DNA of 64,000 nucleotides from Candidatus Pacearchaeota archaeon (GTDB taxonomy: Archaea; Nanobdellota; Nanobdellia; Pacearchaeales; GW2011-AR1): positions 1,236 to 65,235 of the forward strand of contig JBNLCO010000008.1 of NCBI GenBank assembly GCA_050303855.1, read 5' to 3'. Under the pieces are notes generated by a model. The model saw only the letters and a list, made by a program, of their open reading frames with translations, was not told the DNA's origin and searched no databases. Shown piece after piece: positions 57,748 to 64,000 of this stretch (its first letter is position 1; the number at the start of each line of letters is the position of its first letter). A program made the translations under genes and the position numbers.

Positions 57748-58279
57748 ATCTCTGAAGAAAGATCGTAGGGGTGTAAGCCCTATGATTGCTTACATAATGT
57801 TAGTATCTTTCGTGATAGTTCTAGGAATTTTAGTTTATAATTGGATGAAGACTTATGTTCCTCAAGAAGATTTGAGTTGTCCTGATGGAGCTTCATTATT
57901 TGTGGAGGATTATGTTTGTAATCCTGGGTCACTTAACCTCACAATAAGAAATAATGGAAGATTTAGTGTTGGAGGGTATTTTATTTATGCCACTAATAAT
58001 CCCGACCAAGAACTTGCAAGTGTTGATCTATCAGAATATTCCACTGCGGAGTCTCCTTTTTTGTCTCAAACGGGAGGGGTTCAATTAGGAAGTGTCATTG
58101 GAGAGAATTCGTTTAGTCCAGAGGATGCAACTATCAGTTCATTTGATTTCTCTTCTGCAACTTTTAGTACAATATATTCTATAGAAATTGTTCCAATAAG
58201 ATGGGAGGAACAAGGACGTAGGAGAGAATTAGTTTCATGCACTGATTCAAAGATAGAGGAAGTTTTAAACTGCTCTTAA
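57731..58279 (+). CDS. archaeal type IV pilin (Pilin_N / DUF361-like)
   Basis: 'KKDRRGVSPMIAYIMLVSFVIVLGILVY' matches the archaeal pilin N-terminal 'RGVSPVI' signature; start trimmed to ATG. Confidence 0.6.
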   Translation: MYTQIKSLKKDRRGVSPMIAYIMLVSFVIVLGILVYNWMKTYVPQEDLSCPDGASLFVEDYVCNPGSLNLTIRNNGRFSVGGYFIYATNNPDQELASVDLSEYSTAESPFLSQTGGVQLGSVIGENSFSPEDATISSFDFSSATFSTIYSIEIVPIRWEEQGRRRELVSCTDSKIEEVLNCS

Positions 58280-58319
58280 ATATCAAAGAATTTAAAAATA
58301 TAAAACAATTAAGATTAAT

Positions 58320-58805
58320 ATGAATAGAGGTGGAAAAAAAGGATTGTCTCCAGTTGTTGCGACTGTTTTACTTATAGCAATGGTTGTGGTCATAGGTATT
58401 ATCATTTTCTTGTGGTTGAAAGGTCTTACAAAAGAAGTAATAACCAAAAATATCGGAGGAGCAGATAAAAATGTTCAAGTTGTTTGTGATGAGGTTTATT
58501 TTGAAGCAGATTATACAGCTTCGGGAAGATTGACAATATTGAATTCAGGAAATGTTCCAATATATAAGTTTAAGGTGAAATTATCAAGTGATGGGAGTTA
58601 TAGTACTGAGAATTTGGAAGACCTCTCTTCGTTGTGGGAGTCTGATTTTGAAACAGGGTTAAATCCTGGGAGAGTATTCTCAGATATAGTTAGTCTTTCT
58701 GGAAGTGAGGCAACAATTATACCTGTGCTTATAGGAGAATCTGAAAAAGGAAGAAAAACATATACTTGTAATGAAGATCTTCATGGTTATGTTATAACGT
58801 TATAA
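58320..58805 (+). CDS. archaeal type IV pilin
   Basis: 'MNRGGKKGLSPVVATVLLIAMVVVIGIIIFLW'. Confidence 0.6.
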   Translation: MNRGGKKGLSPVVATVLLIAMVVVIGIIIFLWLKGLTKEVITKNIGGADKNVQVVCDEVYFEADYTASGRLTILNSGNVPIYKFKVKLSSDGSYSTENLEDLSSLWESDFETGLNPGRVFSDIVSLSGSEATIIPVLIGESEKGRKTYTCNEDLHGYVITL

Positions 58806-58806
58806 A

Positions 58807-59322
58807 ATGAGATATAATAAAAAAGGATTATCTGAAGTTGTTGCTGTTGTCATTGTTATACTTCTCGTAATATCTGCAGGAGCTGTCGTTTGGAGTGTTG
58901 TAAATAATTTGATTAAGAATAAGACATCCCAGATTTCTTCTTGTTTTGATGCAGATTTTTCTGAAAGTATTTTCTTTAACAATGATTATACTTGTTACAA
59001 TTCATCTTCGGGAGAGATGCAATTCTCCTTAGGTATTGGAGATGTTGATATAGAAAAGGCAATAGTTTCGGTTGCTTATGGGGGCGGGTCCAAAACATTT
59101 ACTATAACAAATACGGATGAAACGATATCTGATTTAGTTAGTTATCCTGCAAGGTCTATTACAAATTCTCTGCCTTTAAAGAACGGGGGAAAAACGTATA
59201 TTGCATTAGGAATAACTACAAATCCGGATTGGGTTAAAGTTGTTCCTTATGTTGACGGAAAACAGTGTGAACAAACTGATACCGTATATAATCCCTATGA
59301 TTGTGCAGAGTTTATCCAATAG
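58807..59322 (+). CDS. archaeal type IV pilin
   Basis: 'MRYNKKGLSEVVAVVIVILLVISAGAVVW'. Confidence 0.55.
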   Translation: MRYNKKGLSEVVAVVIVILLVISAGAVVWSVVNNLIKNKTSQISSCFDADFSESIFFNNDYTCYNSSSGEMQFSLGIGDVDIEKAIVSVAYGGGSKTFTITNTDETISDLVSYPARSITNSLPLKNGGKTYIALGITTNPDWVKVVPYVDGKQCEQTDTVYNPYDCAEFIQ

Positions 59323-59372
59323 AAATATAAACCCTTCTGAATAGTTATATTAAAAGAGGAGAAAAAGATTCT

Positions 59373-59891
59373 ATGAGGAAGAAAGGTCAAATCTGGGTTG
59401 AAACAGTAATCTATATGCTTGTTGCTTTTGCTATGATTGCTCTTGTTTTAGCGTTTATAAGGCCCAAAATTGAAGAGTTAAGGGATAAAGCTGTAATTGA
59501 ACAATCAATAGAAATTATGAATGGTATTGATAATCTGTTTTCGGAGATACTTATTCCTGGAAATAAAAGAGTTCTTGAAGTAGGTATAAAGAAAGGGACG
59601 ATGGTAATTACACCTTCAACAGATACAATAACTATTGAGGTAGAAAGTTCTTATGCTTATAGTGAGCCGGGAGAACCAATATTCATAGGAGATTTAGAAG
59701 TTTTAACTGAAGAAAAAGGCAAGATAAGTCTTGTTACAATAACAAGAGATTATAGTTCAGAATATAATTTAACTTATCAAAATCAAGAAGTTCCGAAATC
59801 CATCACAAAATCACCCGTGCCATATAAATTATTTATCACAAATGAAGGAAAAACGGGAGGAGTTACAAACATAAATATAGACCTTGTTTAA
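59373..59891 (+). CDS. archaeal type IV pilin-like protein
   Basis: 'MRKKGQ/IWVETVIYMLVAFAMIALVLAF' (Glu at +5 after the cleavage site). Confidence 0.5.
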   Translation: MRKKGQIWVETVIYMLVAFAMIALVLAFIRPKIEELRDKAVIEQSIEIMNGIDNLFSEILIPGNKRVLEVGIKKGTMVITPSTDTITIEVESSYAYSEPGEPIFIGDLEVLTEEKGKISLVTITRDYSSEYNLTYQNQEVPKSITKSPVPYKLFITNEGKTGGVTNINIDLV

Positions 59892-59947
59892 GATGGAAGA
59901 AAAAATAAATTTTTTCAGGCACCTAAATAGAGAGGAATTTTATTAAG

Positions 59948-61498
59948 ATGGATCAGAAAACAAGCATAAAAGATTATCCTCCAGTTAAGATTGACTTTAA
60001 TCCAAAAGTTCCTCCATTAAAGAGATTTAAAGATAAGACTAAAGTAGATGTCAGGTATTGCCTTATAGCCCCTTTTACTTATGTTCATATATATTGGGAT
60101 AATAAGGAATACGAATTAATGTATGAAATTGAAGAACCTATTCTGGATAAGCAGGAGGAAGAATTCAAAAAAGAAATAATTGAGACCCTTAGGAATATGG
60201 TTAATTATGAGACTGTTGTTGAGAAAGACCAGGATAAGGTTCTTGAGTATATTGATAAGAAAATTAAAATGATTGCTTTGGAACTTGACTTGGATATACC
60301 TTATGAAAGTTATAAGAAAATATATTATTATCTTGTTAGAGATTTTGTAGGATTTAATGAAGCAGAACCTTTGTTAAGAGATTATTTTGTAGAAGATATT
60401 GAGTGTAACGGATCAAATACCCCTGTGTATATTGTTCATAGAATTTTTAGAAACTTAAAGACAAATTTGATATTTAAAGAGAATGAGAGAATGGAGAATT
60501 TTGTTGAGAAGTTGGCTCAGAGATGTGGAAAATATATTTCTTATGCTAAACCAATCTTGGATGGTACTTTGCCAGATGGTTCGAGAGTTAATGCTACATA
60601 CACCAAAGACATTACGTCAAGAGGTCCAACATTTACAATCCGTAAGTTCACCAAGACTCCTTGGACCCCTCCCCAGCTTATATCATTTAGGACATTAAGC
60701 CCAGAAATAATGGCCTACCTGTGGTTATTAATACAATATAGAATGAATATACTTATTGTTGGAGGAACTGCATCGGGTAAGACTACTTTGTTAAATGCTA
60801 TTGCTTTCTTCATACCTCCTGAGGCAAGAGTTGTTTCTATTGAAGATACACGTGAATTAAACTTGCCTAGAGAAAACTGGTTACCAAGTGTTGTTAGAAG
60901 TGATACTGGATCGGGACAGGGAGAGATAAGTTTATTTGATTTGTTAAAGAGTTCTTTCAGACAGAATCCTGATTATGTTATAGTTGGGGAGGTTAGAGGT
61001 AAGGAGGCTTCTGTACTATTTCAGGGTATGGCTTCAGGACATTCATCAATAAGTACTATTCACGCTGATTCGGTTGATACGGTTATAAAAAGATTAGAAA
61101 CCCCTCCAATTGAATTGCCTCCAACATTGCTTAACGTTTTAGATTGTATGTGTATAATGACTCATGCGGTAGTTAACAATGAAGAAACAAGAAAATTGAA
61201 AGAGGTTGTTGAGATTCTTAATGTTACGCCCGATGGTCAGGCGAGAACAAACACCCCCTTCATATGGAATGCTTTTGATGATGAGTTTTATTTTAAAGAG
61301 AATAGTTATATCTTTGAGAAAATAAAGAAAAGGTATGGTATAACAGTTCAAGAACTTGAAAAAGAGTTTAGAAGAAGAGTTAAGTTAATTTACGAATTGC
61401 ACAAAAGAAAAGAATTCAAGTTTGAAGAAGTTCAGAAAATTATTAGTGAATATTATAAGAAACCGGACAAAGTCTTAAAGGAATTCGGGATAGAATAA
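59948..61498 (+). CDS. type IV pilus / secretion-superfamily assembly ATPase (FlaI/ArlI/EpdL/TadA-like)
   Basis: Walker A 'VGGTASGKTTLLNA', 'VVSIEDTRELNLP' Asp box, 'IVGEVRGKEA' Walker B, His box 'HSSISTIHAD'; 516 aa. Confidence 0.85.
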   Translation: MDQKTSIKDYPPVKIDFNPKVPPLKRFKDKTKVDVRYCLIAPFTYVHIYWDNKEYELMYEIEEPILDKQEEEFKKEIIETLRNMVNYETVVEKDQDKVLEYIDKKIKMIALELDLDIPYESYKKIYYYLVRDFVGFNEAEPLLRDYFVEDIECNGSNTPVYIVHRIFRNLKTNLIFKENERMENFVEKLAQRCGKYISYAKPILDGTLPDGSRVNATYTKDITSRGPTFTIRKFTKTPWTPPQLISFRTLSPEIMAYLWLLIQYRMNILIVGGTASGKTTLLNAIAFFIPPEARVVSIEDTRELNLPRENWLPSVVRSDTGSGQGEISLFDLLKSSFRQNPDYVIVGEVRGKEASVLFQGMASGHSSISTIHADSVDTVIKRLETPPIELPPTLLNVLDCMCIMTHAVVNNEETRKLKEVVEILNVTPDGQARTNTPFIWNAFDDEFYFKENSYIFEKIKKRYGITVQELEKEFRRRVKLIYELHKRKEFKFEEVQKIISEYYKKPDKVLKEFGIE

Positions 61499-61535
61499 TC
61501 AAAATATTTAATAACGTAGATTCTCTTTTTCATTA

Positions 61536-61724
61536 ATGGAAAAAGAGGGAGACAAACCAGTTCTTGATAGTGATACAAGAGATTTTCTTAATCATGCAGT
61601 TATGAGCCTTGAAGAGGCAGAAAAAAAGCTTGAAGAATCATATAATAATAGAAACCCTAATCGATTTAATGCTCTTAAAAAATTCATGTTGAAGATAAAT
61701 AAATCTATATCGGAGACAATATGA
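61536..61724 (+). CDS. small conserved-position hypothetical protein within pilus operon
   Basis: 62-aa ORF between the ATPase and membrane-platform genes. Confidence 0.3.
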   Translation: MEKEGDKPVLDSDTRDFLNHAVMSLEEAEKKLEESYNNRNPNRFNALKKFMLKINKSISETI

Positions 61725-63019
61725 AAGAGGCTAATTTTAAGGATTTAAGGGAATATATTTTGATGCAAAAGAAAATCATGAGAGAGATAAATTCTCTTTA
61801 CGAATCAAAAGAAAAGGGAGACATGTTTATTCAACATGTTGGGAAGCTTTTGAAGATGCTTTCAGATGTTAATAAGAGGTTTAATGAAGAATTAGAAAAA
61901 GTAATACTTCCAAAAGATCTTGAGATTAAAGTGATAAAAGAGGTTCCGAAAAAACCTGAGGCAAAACCTCCTGTGCAAAAAAGCGTAGTTCCCTCTGAAG
62001 TCTTTATTCCAAAGGAAATGTATTCTTGGAAAGATATGAAACCGAACAAAATTGAGAGGGAAACATTCAAGAGACTTCAAAAAGAGAAAAAGAAGCGTGA
62101 GGATAAGAAAGAGGAACATAGAGCTAGCAACTATCTTAAAATGGCTAATAGGTTCTTCTCAAAATCTGCAAGAAAAATCGTTGATGAGAAAACATTTGAA
62201 ACCCTTGAGAGAGATTTATCTAAAGCCAACTTGCAATTTACAGGACAAGAATATTTATCTTTGATTGCATTTAGTGCAATAATCTCTATATTTGTAGCCT
62301 TGTTTTTCATATTGTTCTTTTTGTTTTTTAACATTGGTCCAGAGTTACCTATTATTACAAGAACTGCAGAGGACTTTGGTTCTAGAATAGTAAAATTATT
62401 TTGGTTGATATTTGTTGTTCCGATTGGAACAATCTTAATAATGTATTTCTATCCTTCTATGGAGAGAAAGTCTAAGGCAATAAGAGTGGATCAAGAATTG
62501 CCTTTTGCAGTATTAAACATGTCTGCCATAGCAGGTTCTTTAATTGACCCTACAGATATATTTGAAATTATTATTTCTACAAAAGAATATCCTAAGCTTT
62601 CGGAACAATTTACCAAATTAATAAATGAGACAAATGTTTACGGTTATGATTTAGTTAGTGCTTTAAGAAATGCTGCTTATAATAGCCCTAGTAAAAGGTT
62701 AGCTGAACTGTATGGAGGTTTAGCAGTTACTATAACTTCTGGAGGAGACCTCTCAGAATTCTTTGATAAAAGAGCAGAGACTTTATTATTTGAATACAGA
62801 TTAGAGAAAGAAAAGAAAACAAAAGCTGCTGAAACATTTATGGATATTTACATTAGTATTGTTATTGCAGCTCCAATGATCCTTATGATTTTACTTATGA
62901 TGATGAAGATAAGTGGTTTAGGTGTTGCTCTAAGTACTCAAACGATAACTTTGATTATGGTTATAGCTGTTTCTGTGATAAATGTTATGTTCATATCATT
63001 CCTGGAGGTCAAGAAATAA
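61721..63019 (+). CDS. pilus membrane platform protein, FlaJ/TadC-like half (single T2SSF domain) with long cytoplasmic N-terminal region
   Basis: ~170-aa K/E-rich cytoplasmic region, then TM helices and a T2SSF-like block 'AVLNMSAIAGSLIDPTDIFEIIISTKEYPKLSEQFTKLINETNVYGYDLVSALRN'. Confidence 0.6.
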   Translation: MKEANFKDLREYILMQKKIMREINSLYESKEKGDMFIQHVGKLLKMLSDVNKRFNEELEKVILPKDLEIKVIKEVPKKPEAKPPVQKSVVPSEVFIPKEMYSWKDMKPNKIERETFKRLQKEKKKREDKKEEHRASNYLKMANRFFSKSARKIVDEKTFETLERDLSKANLQFTGQEYLSLIAFSAIISIFVALFFILFFLFFNIGPELPIITRTAEDFGSRIVKLFWLIFVVPIGTILIMYFYPSMERKSKAIRVDQELPFAVLNMSAIAGSLIDPTDIFEIIISTKEYPKLSEQFTKLINETNVYGYDLVSALRNAAYNSPSKRLAELYGGLAVTITSGGDLSEFFDKRAETLLFEYRLEKEKKTKAAETFMDIYISIVIAAPMILMILLMMMKISGLGVALSTQTITLIMVIAVSVINVMFISFLEVKK

Positions 63020-63870
63020 TGGCAGAGATTAAGAAGCTCCACATTGTAGGATTGGTTTTAGGATTTATGATTATAATTTTATCTTTATTTTTTATGGGCA
63101 CTAAGGCATTCTTTATACTTCTCGGAGGAGGAGTAATTATTGCAGCATTCCCTTTTGTTCTTACGGCAATAAATGAGACACGTAGGGAGAATGAGAAAGA
63201 GGAAATGTTTCTTGAATTTACTAGGAATCTTGTTGAAAGTGTAAAGACTGGAACACCAATAAGCAAGAGTATTATTAATGTTAAGAATAAATCTTATGGA
63301 GTCCTTGGAGAACACGTTAAGAAATTAGCTAATCAAATCTCTTTAGGTATTCCCTTGAATACTGCATTAAGAATCTTTGCCAAAGATGTCCATAATAAAA
63401 CAATATCTAGAACATTAACTTTGATTGGTCAGGCTGAAAAGGCTGGAGGAGATATTGGAGAGATATTGGAATCCGTTGCTGCAGCTGTTAGCATGTCAGA
63501 TAGTTTGAAGAAAGAGAGAAAGGCTGCAATATCTACTTTGGTTGTGCAAGGTTACATTATTTTCTTTGTTTTTATGATAATTATTTTGATCTTCCAATTT
63601 CAAATATTGCCATTAGTTTCAGGGATATCTTCTTTGAGTGAAGGAGGAGATGGGGGATTAAATACAGGGATCGGGGTTGGAGGTGAGCCTATCAGCGGAG
63701 AGGAATTGGCTAATTCTTTCTTATATTTATTGTTGATACAGGGTTTCTTTACGGGTTTAACAATAGGAGAACTATCCGAGAATAGTCTTAAAGCTGGAAT
63801 ACAACATTCTTTCACATTAATGTTCTTCTCATTCTTAATATCTGCTGTGGCAAATATCATCTTCGGTTAA
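63019..63870 (+). CDS. pilus membrane platform protein, FlaJ/TadB-like half (single T2SSF domain)
   Basis: 'LANQISLGIPLNTALRIFAKDVHNKTISRTLTLIGQAEKAGGDIGEILESVA' T2SSF/GspF-like block flanked by TM helices; start codon overlaps the upstream stop (TAATG). Confidence 0.6.
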   Translation: MAEIKKLHIVGLVLGFMIIILSLFFMGTKAFFILLGGGVIIAAFPFVLTAINETRRENEKEEMFLEFTRNLVESVKTGTPISKSIINVKNKSYGVLGEHVKKLANQISLGIPLNTALRIFAKDVHNKTISRTLTLIGQAEKAGGDIGEILESVAAAVSMSDSLKKERKAAISTLVVQGYIIFFVFMIIILIFQFQILPLVSGISSLSEGGDGGLNTGIGVGGEPISGEELANSFLYLLLIQGFFTGLTIGELSENSLKAGIQHSFTLMFFSFLISAVANIIFG

Positions 63871-63871
63871 A

Positions 63872-64000
63872 ATGTTAAGTAAGTCAAATAAAAAAGGTTC
63901 GCATGTGGGTTTGGTAGTATCTTTCCTTATTTTCATAATTTTTATTTCATTTCTGAGAGTTATTGTGGAACCAGCACTAACTACAGATGATGAGAAAAAG
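63872..64000 (+). CDS. archaeal type IV pilin-like protein (5' partial, runs off window end)
   Basis: 'MLSKSNKKGS/HVGLVVSFLIFIIFISFL' class III signal peptide. Confidence 0.45.
   Translation, partial: MLSKSNKKGSHVGLVVSFLIFIIFISFLRVIVEPALTTDDEKK

Noticed and set aside
1-64000. CRISPR arrays, IS elements, integrases, rRNA genes
   Set aside because: Looked for regularly spaced direct repeats, transposase/integrase motifs (DDE, tyrosine recombinase R..H..R..Y) and rRNA-like GC-rich blocks. None were found apart from the tRNAs and SRP RNA.

Overview
AT-rich (~30% GC) archaeal chromosomal segment, probably from a small-genome DPANN-type archaeon. The inference rests on archaeal-type tRNAs and SRP RNA, an archaeosortase with PEF-CTERM substrates, class-III-signal-peptide pilins, a FlaI-like ATPase with split FlaJ halves, and TATA-box promoters. 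Housekeeping content: ileS, argS, tRNA-Thr(CGU), tRNA-Leu(UAA), an unannotated SRP (7S) RNA, and an ogt-like alkyltransferase. The remainder is accessory and dominated by three themes. (1) Many toxin-antitoxin or abortive-infection-like modules: three HEPN/MNT pairs, RelE/RHH, VapBC, two class-II Fic AMPylators and a solo PIN-like protein. Two Fic proteins and one MNT share a previously unnoticed N-terminal ~35-aa domain, and inverted-repeat operators enclose their promoters. (2) Cell-surface biogenesis: archaeosortase plus PEF-CTERM proteins, a Wzx-like flippase, a CPBP protease, a cluster of four glycosyltransferases plus a GT-C-like membrane protein, and secreted subtilase and SNase nucleases. 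(3) A ~15-kb island of giant Cys-rich or repeat-rich surface proteins of 1351 and ~2530 aa (GLUG, DUF285/BspA-like, LamG-like and propeller-like repeats), followed by an Epd/Tad-like type IV pilus locus with six pilins, an ATPase, and FlaJ split into two TadB/TadC-like genes. Hand-located coordinates of non-ORF features are accurate to about +/-2 nt.
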